A stretch of DNA of 64,000 nucleotides, taken from positions 2,666,001-2,730,000 of the forward strand of contig CM120646.1 in the NCBI GenBank assembly GCA_051362555.1. Reading direction: 5' to 3'. The position numbers and the translations under genes were made by a program. The stretch's first letter is position 1. The number at the start of each line of letters is the position of its first letter. This stretch comes from Lingula anatina. Taxonomy: Eukaryota > Animalia > Brachiopoda. Of the stretch, positions 25,761-38,500 are shown one piece after another. A model generated the notes under the pieces. That model ran no database searches, was not told where the DNA came from, and saw only the letters and a list, made by a program, of their open reading frames with translations.

Positions 25761-27496
25761 TATATTATGTAAAGTTCCTAACTTCATGGGTATTTTAAGC
25801 TGTTAGATGACGCGATAATTTTGCCAGACTCGGCTGTGCGATGGTTAGAGCACGGTATTGTATACTTGTATTAAATACAAGCAAAGTCCACTGAAGTTTC
25901 TGATTTAATAGGCCTTAATCGAACTGGGGAATACATGCACCCACGGCGCGAACAGAGTAAGTCTCGTATCGTTTATTGCCCCGGCGTCCTCTACATAGAA
26001 ATGACTAAACTGACTGGAATACCTCTAAATGATTCTTTAATAGGAGTCACAATCTTATTGTCCGGTCATAACCGACCATGTCCATTACCATTTTATCGAC
26101 TGTTCTATTTCATTAGCATTTTTATCAATTGTTCTATTAAATCATCATTTCACTGTTAAATCGTTTAATGATGCATGTGTGAATTTCCTAAACATTGACC
26201 GTTCATTATCAATAAAACCATGATGTGCAATACGCAAATCCGGCGTACTCATTGACTTAATGACAAGATCACCGATAACAATGTATACATACACAAAAGA
26301 CAAATACCATTTTGTCTTAAAATTAACTTCACTGAAATAATTAATGCCTACATGCAAAGCGTTTCATAGTCCTGTTATACAGAGTTACAAGTCATATTCC
26401 TGGCGTTCTGTGCTCTGTTGCGTTGTGAGAAAACGGATCGCAATTGGCATTAATTGCTTGTGATAACTTCCTTCTTCATCTGTTGGTAAAATATTCCATT
26501 TTGTAGGACAGTTTTTGATCCATCAGATCGTTTTCCTCGGTAAAAATGCAAAATGGATGATAATTTCAATAACCACAGCACTTTTCAGATGGGATTTATA
26601 GACTTTTATTAATGGAATCATCATCTGTCATTAATTTAAATAAAAATGTTGAGCTCGTTATAATTAACATTTTTCTACAGAATACATTTATTCAGAGGAG
26701 TGTATCGAAGAAAAAATGGCTATGAATTGTTGAACCCTTTCCTGGCCACAGAGACTGGTCAAGTCATCACCTTCGGAATCTGCAGAATAACACAGAAAAC
26801 AATGCGCTTTACTCAAATGTCATAACACCTTTATTTTTTCATCGTAATGTCTTGAAATTCTCACTGTTGTGGAAAAATATAAATGCAAGCGTACTTCAAA
26901 AGTATTCTTAAAAACTTGTCATAGCACCAGTGTATTTTTTAAATTGACATTTTTCCTTTTCCGAATTATTATCTTTGCTTTAAATTTTCATGGTGTTCCG
27001 ATGATATTCAATGCAGGCACTTTAGAAATAATGATTTTTTAAATAAAAATATAATTATAATATAAAACATAGAAGTATCGTCTTGCTGCAAAGTTTCATC
27101 CAACTTTCTGTCACGATAGTCAATTTCAAATTTAAAAAAAAACATGGACCCAGCACAATTTTGACTTTCATATGTTGTCTGCTATGGCTGTCCTACACAA
27201 TGTAATTTGCCAAATTTCAAACCGATCGTAAAAATAGAGATATATTCAATTTATACAAGCTATTTTGCGCTTACTTATGATCTCATACTGGGGATCTCAC
27301 TGGCTGGTGAAAGTGAAACGCTCCTGGGCCTTAAGAATAACTGTGTCTCCTACATTCCTCGGCGTTTGCTCGAGCGATAAGTCTCTGACGGTTGTCTTTT
27401 CGTGAATTTTCCAATTTAATTCAGGTTGGATAGTTTTGCCGATGGACCAAAAAGTGCATCAGATATAATATGATCTGACTCTTCTAAAAAAAGGAG

Positions 27497-30400
27497 TGAA
27501 ACCTGACTCAATGCTTTAATGTGAATATTGCGTTCGTATCCATGCATTGTTTTCGAACGCCGCAACTGTGGCAATTTGGAGTAGATAATTCTTTCTTCTG
27601 TGCTTTTACATTTTTCTTATTATTACCACTACTATCCACTATTACTAGAAATATAATAAAAATAATTAATATTATTTAATATCACAACAACAACAACAGC
27701 AGCAATAACAACAACAATAATAACAATAATAAATAAATAAATAAATAAATAAATAAATATAAACACTGTTGAATAAACCTGCTGCACATTCTTCATTATA
27801 CATGTATTTGTCAGTATTTGTTTCCCTGATCCGTCGTGTTACGAAAAAATGTCGCATGAACTCTGTTGAATCAATATGAATATCAATCTGTGGAGCAACA
27901 AGCTGTATACGGGCCTGCGAATGACACGGGACTGATCGAATTTTTTAAGCTTTTGTCAAGATTCAGGGACGTTATATATAAGAGTGCTCAATTTCACGTG
28001 CAACCATAGTCACAGTGGAGAAAATGGATTTTCCTTTCTCATATGAAAGAAAAAAGAAGTATAAGTTTACAACATGTCAACGCATGATTCGAAATCAGAG
28101 GCCCTTTTTAAGGAGGCGAATGAGTCATAATGAGCACCAGGAAGTGACCTAATTTTACATGCACCCGTGTACCGGTATGTCGATAATATTGTTTTATGTT
28201 TTATAATGCCCCACTTCTCATGTTAGCGACATGTGACCGTGTGTAAAAGGTTTACTGCGTGTTGATTGACTTGATTGACTTCTAAGACACTTACACAGCG
28301 TGAAGAGTGGAATCTGTTTTTAACTGAGGATGACGTAAGCGTCCTCGACATCAACCTCAAGTGACAACCCTCAGCTAATTAAGACTCAAGACCGCGGAGA
28401 CAGGACCTAGCACTGAGCCTGACGCCAAGCCAGTGAGAGTGACCAGATGGCGGGTTTAGTGTATGAAAGTGACAGGAGAGACATTATCGTTATTCTAGTG
28501 TTTCTTTCCTCTCTCATCGGAGCTGTCAGCAGTGAGAGTACTGGTACAGGTACGTGTGCCCCCCTGCCCCCTGCCCCCCCCCCCCCCTCTTCGACACCTC
28601 CCTTTGCTTTGTGTTTTTTTATACATGTACCACCCATTTGTCAGATTCTCACACCTAAGTCTTAAACTCTTCTCATAGCTTCGTTATTCATAGCTGGCGT
28701 ATAGCTGGCGTTTTTATTCTACAGCAAAAAATACTTTTCGTTATGGATATCAGTACCAGGTTATGGTCAGGTCATAGCTAAGTAAACTTTAGTATTGACA
28801 TAGCCCCGTATTCGACTCCTCCGAATGTCTGCCGTCACGTTGTATAAGCCAACCCGGCCCCTCCCCCAAATTCATTTCTAGTGCTATCAACACACGTACA
28901 TGTACTTCCTCCTTCCCTCCTAAGTCTCTCTGTCGTCATTAACCCCTTCCCCCGGGGGTCATAGTGCCCCTAAGAGCCGCACTCAACCTAAACCCTCTCC
29001 TGTAGTTGTCAAGCGCTCCTCCCCCCCCCTCCCCCCCCCCCCCCCCACACACACACACACACACAAACCTCTTGGCTCACTCTGGCAACACTGCCCTTCT
29101 CCTGTGGGCTCTAAGAAGTCGGTTCACTCCCACTCTGTTGTCATTAAACCCACTTACATGTATCCCTGTACCCTACTCCATTCAAAGTCTATTCCTCAGT
29201 CTGTGGAAGCCACTGTGACAGTTTAGCTTGTATTCAGAATCAATTTGACCCCTTTCCCTTCCCAAAACGTGTCACTAATGAAGGATTTATTTACGTTTGC
29301 GTACATATATACACAGTACAATCTTGGTAGATAACACTATATTAACAAAAGTGCTGGGTAAAGTCACAACGAGTTTATAGTATAAAAATATAACTTGCGA
29401 CTTCTACATTCACCAGTAAAACACATACTTGGGTACGTGAGAAGCAACTTTCTCGTACATTAATTAACGTCCTGATGCAAATACTGAATATTAACACCCG
29501 TGATAACGTTTACCACGTTAACTTAAGTATTTTATTACTTATAATTATGAAGAGACATATTATAAGTATAGCTGTTTAAACCCAGTTAAGAACACTATGG
29601 GTAGTGTATATCTCAGATATACTATCTGGTATATTCAGAATCCCACAGCCAATCTTATATCACAATGTGATGCTAATTTCTCCCGATTTGTGTATTAACC
29701 ATGTAGTAAATAGGGCATTTTCCTCTTTTAGAAAAATGCGCAGCAAAATATAAAGATTGCTTTTGCGAAGACGACCACTGCTTCTTCACAGTTGATAAAA
29801 ATATTACCTTCAGCGCTGCTGAGCAGTATTGTCTTGAACAGGGCGGACATCTAGCGACAGTTCGGAGTGCAAACGGGCAGCGGAGACTACATGGGATAGC
29901 TGGAGAAAGACGTGTTTGGATTGGTGCTAGAGAGCACGTGATGTCGACATGGACGTGGTTGGACGGTTCTCCATATATCCCAAGTCCTAGTTCGTTTCAT
30001 TTTCTCAAAGGGTTTACAGCATTTTCTCAAAGGAATTACATTATTGGACTAAATTATAACGCCTATTTGTTGCGGCATACGGTTATATCATAACATAATC
30101 GTGAAATGAAACTTTTTGTCTAACAAAAGCTCTATTAAAACGGGTGCCCATTTATTCCTTTTTACTTTACATGCTGCTATCTATGTCATTTTATGCAAAC
30201 GCTAGTAAATCTATTTTGAATCATTCAGCTCTTGCAGATCCATCCATTTAAAAAAATATCATTTACTAAGTTCATTGATTTTTTACTTTTAAAATTGTTG
30301 AAAAATTAAAAATTAATCGATTGAAAATGTATCTCGAAATGCAACTTTCTATGTTGACATCTCTTTAAACCAATGCATGGATCTGATGTTTTCTACATGT

Positions 30401-31540
30401 AGGTGGTTTCAATCAATTTGATACCTCAAACAGCGAGTCCACAGCTGTGATGCTTTCAAGGAGCAGGAGGCAGTGGACTTGGAAATCAAGCTTTAAATTT
30501 ATAGAAAAAGGTTTTATTTGCGAAACAGGTGCGTTATAACACCCTTTTAAATAATTAAGATCACATAAGTGAAGATGTTTTAAAACTGTATATTTCCATT
30601 GAAGAATCATTTCAGTTTTAATAACCAGTCTGTAAATTTTAATATGTTATCGTAGGCCTAATAGGCAACAACATGCACTCTCGAGAAAAGGAATAAATTT
30701 GAAAGCAGGTAAATGAATGATTGAAGAAATAAAGACTAAAAAACTCAAATTATTTAGTACATTGTCTATAAGACTGGTTTAACGCAATGTGCAAACTTTT
30801 GACTAATTTGTCTTCCCTACAGGTAAACTCGGAGAGAATATGAACTGTCCTACCAGCAATGACGATAACGTCGTGGTATATGAATTGGATGGTCGTTGTA
30901 TTCTATACAGTCTAGGCAAGCAGTACTACTCGTGGTATCACGCGAGGCAAACATGTTTCAACTGGAATGCTGATCTCATTAAAATGTCTACCGAAGTATT
31001 TCAGACAAAACTTTTGTCGGTTTTTGGTGTTTTGTCACCCGACGAGCGTTGGATTGGACTGCGGAATAATATATGGAGATGGGAGTCGAGCGGTTAGTAT
31101 CAACATTGGATCTTATTTGCGTCTAATTGCGGAACTACATCACACCGTTTTAACAGTATTTCGATTTGAAACATTTAAGACGTACCCCATGCAGATGAAA
31201 TAATTATAAAAAACGATTTCTCGATCTGTTACTAAGAATGGGCTAACCAGAAATTCTCATTGAGTATGCTAGCGAGCGGCCAAAACATCAGAATCGAACT
31301 GTGATAATTAATGATACCATTATCTCTTCTAGGCCAAGAACTAAAAGAATGGCACTGGTCAGATAGAGTGGTTGCAGGAGAATCGAAACATTGCATCATT
31401 ATTGATAATCGCTTACCAGAATTAAGAAGCTGGAAACCAGTATCCTGCACAGAAGAGCACTGCTTTGTTTGCGAAATTCAAGGAAAGGCGCAGAAGAAAG
31501 AGGGAAAAGAAAAGCACCCAAAAAGCGAAGGCAAGGCAAC
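27497..31540 (+). repeat. Segmental tandem duplication, unit 2
   Basis: Colinear with 16900-24110 but lacks the insertions at 17057, 17966 and 20632. Confidence 0.85.
28121..28340 (+). promoter_or_regulatory. Candidate AP-1 (TGAGTCA), ETS (CAGGAAGT) and CRE-like (TGACGTAA) sites upstream of lectin receptor copy 2
   Basis: The motifs are at 28121, 28138 and ~28331. The paralogous promoter keeps TGAGTCA (17676) and AGGAAATG (17697). Motif matches only. Confidence 0.35.
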
Positions 31541-33194
31541 TCAGTATACAACTGTATAAGAGTTGAGAAGCCTCCGCGGAAGTCTGTGCTCTCTGGGTGC
31601 TTTTCTAGTTATAGGTGTTTTCATATATGTTCTTTTTATAATAATATTACATTTTTTAATTTCTTCAGCAATATCCTCATATTTTCCTCAAATGTGTGTT
31701 ATTGCTTTTATTTGCCATTATCTAAACTGTTTTTTTTAAAATATATTTATTCTTTTATTTTTATTTATTATTATTATTTTTATTGTAAAAATATCATGAT
31801 AACGTGATTCTATACCATCGTCCAAAAATACCTGGTAATAAAATGGTTAAAGAGAGATTTAATGTAAAATATCTTTACAGGTGCTCCATCGCAGGGCAAT
31901 GTGGTCGGTATAGCAGTAGGCGTTGTGGTAGCAGTTCTCGTTATAATTGCTGTAGTGGTGCTCGTGGTGATTTACAAGCGACGTAAAAGGTGGGCCAGTA
32001 GGTCTGAAAAAAAACTTGTCTAAGCTATTACTAACTCATTCTCTCTGTCTTTTTTAAGTTTTTTTACTGTTGTTCCTGTTTCTACTCATACTTGCCTTTG
32101 TCTAAACATTTTTGATATTTGAAATAGGCCTACTCAAAAAGAATAACGATAGGAATAATATATTATGTATTGCTTAAAGGGATAATAACTCTTCGTATGA
32201 GATCTATATTTCACAATAAAAACCTTGTGAATAACTCATAGAAATATAATTTATTCTGTTTTACCACAAAAACAGCAGTTACAGCTATTATTCTGATATC
32301 TGAACTTGTCTTTAGACTACGTGACCTCCATTGATGTCTATACTCTGTTAAAATCTCTTAAGAGATTTTAACAAAAAACCAAACTTTTTAGAAAAAAACC
32401 AGGGACTAACTTTGAATGTAAAAATGGATTCATTAACCATTGGTAAGTATGGGAAAATTGTTGTTTACTCCAGGAAAATTCATTTTTTGGCCGAAACGAA
32501 GAGTTATTATTGCTTTAACTGATATTGCACTTTTTGTACCTAGAAATCGCCTTAATCGAACATTTAATATTTGAAATACATAAAAAGAATAACAAAGGAC
32601 TAATTAATTATGCACTGCCTAATTGATATTGTACTCTTTTTACTAGAACTTGTCTTAATCGTAACATTAAATATTTAAAATACACAAAAAGAATAACGAC
32701 AGGTATAATTGTATTATGCATTGCTTAATTGATATTGTTCTTACGCTGGAAATAATTTGTTTACACACAGGGCGGCTCAAGCTAGTGACGGTGTTCAATA
32801 TTCAGAAATTCCTCGAAGTGGCGTACAGGACAAAAACACAAACCAAGACACTTACGCCTATGCTTCCACCGTTCTTCCAGCAAATTGTACGAAAGATACT
32901 ACGGATGCAAGTGCGTACAGTTACGCAACACCCCGTGTACGCATGGCACCTCTCGGTCTCGAGGAAGAGAATGCGTACGCATACGCAACAAATAACCCAT
33001 CTAAACATACTGGCAAGGCAGCAGTGACAGAAATCAAAATTTCAGATGGACCGAAGAAGGATAACGCAAATAGTGATCGAGATGAGGATGTGAGCCGTTT
33101 ATACAGCAAACCGAATAAAGCCAAGAATAGAAATGTAGACGAAACACAGAATTTTGTAGAGCTAAAGGAAAACGAATTATATAATCACGAGTGA
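28447..33194 (+). CDS. Double C-type-lectin-domain type-I transmembrane receptor, copy 2, with ITIM and tyrosine-rich tail, 7 exons, ~495 aa
   Basis: Exons 28447-28549, 29732-~29989, 30403-30528, 30823-31092, 31333-31530 (GC donor), 31881-31989 (TM VVGIAVGVVVAVLVIIAVVVLVVIY) and 32771-33194 total 1488 nt in frame. CTLD motifs: AEQYC..GGHLATV..VWIGA..WTWLDGS..FICE and ARQTC..ADLI..RWIGL..WRWE..HCII..W.PVSC..FVCE. Confidence 0.85.
32105..32745 (+). repeat. ~105-bp intronic tandem triplication
   Basis: AACATT..ATATTT.AAATA..AAAAAGAATAAC...TATG.A.TGC.TAA.TGATATTG occurs three times. The first unit is interrupted by the Kolobok-like MITE. Confidence 0.7.
32178..32514. mobile_element. Kolobok-like MITE
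   Basis: TIRs AGGGATAATAACTCTTCGT / ACGAAGAGTTATTATTGCT with TTAA on both sides. It is inserted into one unit of a local tandem triplication whose third unit shows a single TTAA. Confidence 0.75.
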
Positions 33195-34597
33195 TTTGAA
33201 AAAGAGATTTATCTCACTTTTTTCAGGACGCAGAGAAACTGAACACAGAACAATTACTTTCATAAATTTCAGTTTTATCATGTTTTTTTTTTTTACTTGA
33301 AGAGCTTGTCATATGCAAACGCCAAATAGCTTGAGTTACAGTGTAAATGCTTGGTGAATATATTGCTTTTGTAACTTTCAAATAAATTTTGTGGCTTACT
33401 AAGACAGGGAGAGGTGGCCAGATAAGGAAAAAGAGAGAAAAAAATGAGGATTTTCTGAGATGTGCCGCACCATGCTCATTATGTCCATGGCCGCACAAAC
33501 CATTGCTGATATCAACACCTAAAGGGATTCCGGCTTTCTCTAAATCCCTTAATAATTTTTCGCTCAGTCTGTGATTTTGTTTAACGACCTTCCCTTAAAA
33601 TAAAATATCGCACAGGTTTTGCCTGAATTTGTTGTTAATGTGTTATCAGTGAACCGGAGAGAGTGGGGCCTGACGCTGCAGCTCGGAGTCTGTCTTGCTT
33701 CCCAACATTACAACAGTTAATAGATAAAAGCTAGATACAATTTGCTTAGTTCCCGATGATCAACTATTTTTCATCCATATGTGTGCCGATTTTATTTATT
33801 TATCTATTTATTTATTTGATTTTTTGTTTTGTACACTTAAATGATGCTAAAAATCATTCAAAACTCATGGTTACGTGACAACAAATAATCTTATTATAAT
33901 CTCGGACCGTGTATCTACGGAACGTCTTTGTATAAAAAGGAACGCATTGTTCGTTTTTTTCTGTGACCAAATCCACTTGCACTCATCAGCTATGGAAGTA
34001 GACCCCGGAACGATCGCAGGGAACAGCTTAATGATCACACAATTAAGGTATCTGATTTATCAGACCGGCCACTGATAGGTAGTGGTATCACTTTGTCCAA
34101 ATTCAGACACACGGTGCGCAATCAGTTAAGCGATAGCAGTCGTTGTCAGCGTTGGGTCTGTAATCATTATGGACGAAACACGCCCGTCTTGTTTTGTACT
34201 GTTGGAAGCTTTTAACAGATAATCGATCACGTTAAGAGGTAAGGTATTTGTTTTTGTCTATTTGTATTTATGTAGCTGTTCAAGTCTAATGAATCGCCGT
34301 GTTTTTGATTGTTGAAGGAATAGTTTATAGTTTGCCCAATACCAAAATAAGTGTCGAAGATGATATAAGAAAAAGCAAGATTTACAAACACGTGTTTTCA
34401 CTTTTAAATGAATTGTTTAGAAAGAATTGTTCATCAGTAGGGCAAGATTGCAAACACAATAATTATGCTGAGGTTCTACAGAAAACAAACATATGCTACT
34501 TCTGATTTTTGCTTCTAATTACGTGCACATATCATACAGAAACTCCATTGTGTTATCTTATTGTTGTATAAAATTAAGGTATCACAGCAACCAGGCC

Positions 34598-35494
34598 ATG
34601 GCAACTCAAGGCTACTGGCCGCCTCCTGGGACGGACAACACCACTCCTAACAGTATTACGCCGTCGTCAACCACGCCCCCCGACCCATTAGTCGCCCTCC
34701 GGGAATGGTTTCTTGGTTTAAAAATAGGTATTGTCACATGCACCAAATGCATTACTGCCGTGATAGAATATTTAAACTTTATTCAAGTTATTTAAACGTT
34801 CTTGTCATTCTCTTGGCAAGGTGCGGCAGATAAAACGAGCACAATTCAATGAAATCAATGTAAAAAACAAGTTATTGTAATCGGATGTCTATAATGTACT
34901 ATTTCCTATTTCGCCATGCGTATATATACCAGTATGTCCTCTGCACGTTAGTTCAATAACATACAGGTTTCAATTGATTCTAGTGTAAATATACCTTCCA
35001 CTGGTTTTATCCATGCTGTCTATTTAAATACGGTGAAATCTTTTTCCTCAAGATATATATATAAGATTATATAACATAACGACGCGACGTGTAAATATCA
35101 GCCCAGAGTTAACATTTACAAATAATGCATGTCTCTCAATTCAGTACCCAATTAGCCCCAGATTCACAAAAAAAAAAAGAATTAAGTCAGGCCCCCTGCC
35201 TAAGAACTTTATCACCAAGGTTACACTGTCACATGGTCACATCTTACCCTATCAGGGGCAGTGTAACAGTACTCTCATGAAAATCCTAGTCAACTAAGCC
35301 AGAGAACTGACAATTTGTTTTGTGAAATTGGGCCTGGTCTAAATTGCCGTTAGCTTTGGAGACGATTACATCAATTTGGTATCAGTTAATTTATGAGATA
35401 ACAGCAGATTGGTGATGATATACACCGAGTCACTTTAAATAATACACCTGTAATTTCATATAATTGGAAACATACTGTCAATGACGGATCTGGG

Positions 35495-35529
<35 letters not shown>

Positions 35530-38500
35530 GGGGTGATTGCAAAAGTATTTAAAACAGTGGACGGGGACACCTTTATTTTGATGTGCAAGGCACAGGTATG
35601 GTAACACACTGCTTTATATTGTCTCGTTTTGCTCGTTATTCTGTTTGCTGAGGAAAGAGAAGAGGGTGTGGAGGGGGTAGAAAAGTAGAAAAGGGTAGGA
35701 GAGGCACCTGCTCGCTGTAACCCTCCTGGACCCTCCCTTGATTATGTGCCATCGGAGGAAAACCGTCACTATATACAGATTATGATAACATGTAATATGA
35801 GTCATGGATAGGTTTGAAATACAACCAGTTCGGCCCACCAGGCAATGATAATAGTCAGAAAAGCAAAAACATATTGTATAGGCCCTATTATATCACAAAT
35901 GCGACTTGACAATTTTGTTCCATTGGGTATATAGATAAATATATCTACAAAAAGCATTATATCAAGGAGATTAAGAACCAACACGGAATTTCGCTTGAAT
36001 AAGTAATATCTAGGAAAATAAATTTAATACTTTTTAAAGTCGATACTTTGCTTACGAATAGTAGCTGTTACATATTTATCGTTATCGTCGAATAACTTTT
36101 ACATTTCCATTATTAATTAATTAATGGTAACGTATAAACTATTTAATTAATTTATAACCGTTTATGAACTCCATCATTTGGTATTTGACCAAAAAACCTG
36201 TAATAATCAAAATAAAAACAGATTATGTTCTAAAATATTTGAAATTATTCAACCAAAAATAACAGTCAGTGGAAGAGTCAACCAAACTAATGAATACAAA
36301 TAATAACAGAGCCTCTATCGGTTGCAAATCTATTTGACCTGGTGACAACTGACTTTTTTCATGAAAATACTAAGTTGCACGTTATCTTTTTTACAGCTGT
36401 GAAAGTGGGAATTGGATGTTCACTGGTGTTTATAGTGGCCGTCATCATCATGCTCGCAATTTTCATTTCCCACCGTTGCAAGTGAGTACAAGAAATACAC
36501 TGTTAAGTACATTTAGTTACAGGTGAGTACAAGAAAAAATATAGTTACAGGTGAGTACATAAAACAGTATAATTACAAGTGAGTACATGAAAACATAAAG
36601 TTACAAGTGCGTACATGAAAACAGTTACAAGTGAGTACATGAAAGCATAAAGTTACAAGTGCGTACATGAAAACAGTTACAAGTGAGTACATGAAAACAT
36701 AAAGTTACAAGTGTGTACATGAAAACAGTCACAAGTGAGTACATAAAATACTAAGTTACAAGTAAGTGCACGAAAAATATAGTTACACTGTACATGTACA
36801 AAGATAAACCTTTAAACGTAAAAGCAGCATTGATTTAATCTGTGTACATACTAAATCACGTTCTTCACATGGATGTACATGTACTGTACACAGTGTATGT
36901 TTGACGCCATCGCGCGTGCGCCACTGTCATCAATTATATAGCCTGTTTGTAAATCATATATTTTATGTTGTACAGTCTAATGAACATTCCATGAATTTTA
37001 TATGATTATTTTGATATTACATTTTCATTTATAATTATTCATTTTATAACAGCAACAACGGGACTTTTCTCCAGCTATCATCTTAATTTTCTCCTCTTTG
37101 ATTCATATAATTTTTTTTTGTTTGATTATTTAATGATGACGAGAATAATAGAAGCAACTGCTTCTCCTCTTCACTCATCGGTTGCTAATTCAAATTTTGC
37201 AGTGGAAAAAATAAACCGTGTGGAGGGTTTTAAATACTGTGAAATGACGCCAAGTGCTGTGCAGGCACATTTATAACATTTTGAATACAATATCAATATA
37301 TTTTACACAAAGTACCAATGAAAGGTCGTTATGTATGTGATTGCTAAAGAATGAATGCATATACCAAAGGTTAGTTATGAGGAAGATTAATTTGAAATTG
37401 TCCACATGTATTACGATTTTATATCCATACATATTTTATTAGGAAATCAAAGATACCCGTCAACCTTGAAAACGAGGACCTGTTCAAGAGCCAGTACCAA
37501 GGCAGAGGAAGCGGAAGTCTCGGGATCAGAAATGGTCTTGAAAATGACGGCTGCGCCGACCTCACTTCCGTTCACTCCAACTCCAACTCCAACTCTAAAA
37601 GCACTCTCCTCACGGCCTCCTATACGAAAGGACTTACGGGAGACGAGGACAGGGTGTACTTACACACCAGTCTGGCAGACTACCGTTACTCGTCCACCGA
37701 AACTGACTTCAGAATAAGCACAGATACCAATTTCTCCTCTGGCGCCACTTATAGTAAAAACAGCTCGGGCCACAGCTCGGGCCACAGCTCCAATGCCAAG
37801 CATTCAAGTAACACCAGCACTCAGCATATCACCTACTGCATCGCCGAGGAACGCGAGGAGGAGGAGGAGGAGGATTACGATGATTTAAAAGGCGCCGATG
37901 ACGAAGATTATTATGCCGTGCCTCCTCTGGAGAAGTCCCTCATCCCAGTTCCCGCGGCTCATCGCTCTCACCCTACACACGGGCATGACAGACCTAAATC
38001 CCAGCGTGATTCGGGATACCACGCGACCACAACCTCGGAAAGTTGTGATGTGTACACCTTAACTGACCAGACAGACTCTGAACATGTAGAATATGCGAAT
38101 CATTATCCCGAGATCGACGGCTTGCCTCCTTCGTCTTTGGGCACCCTACCAGAACAAGCACACGAACACTTTCAACAAAATCGTACATCTGCTGTGGACA
38201 CGTATTCCGTAGGCTTCCAACAGGCTGAACACAGCCAACCCGCTATGGACACCTATTCTTTAGAATCGCCACAGGCTGAATATCAAGAATTTGATTCCTC
38301 TGCAGTGGATACGTATTCTTTCGATCAACCACAGACTGGATATCAAGGATCAGATGCCTCAACAACGGATACGTATTCAGTCGGTAATAAGCGCCAGACA
38401 GTGAGCGATAGTCTGTATGCCGATATGGATCACCACAACTCATTCCGAGACAGGAAATGGACCGACACCGCCGCTCAAGCCAACCGGCAATCCGACATCT

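Noticed and set aside
16900-31540. Duplicated lectin genes as an uncollapsed-haplotype assembly artefact
   Set aside because: The copies have unrelated TM/tail exons, different intron 1 sequence, multiple private insertions and many substitutions, which is more than allelic difference would usually give. Read depth would settle it.
36482-36790. CRISPR-like array of ~28-bp repeats
   Set aside because: The units are head-to-tail with no unique spacers, lie in a spliceosomal intron, and there are no cas genes. It is a minisatellite.
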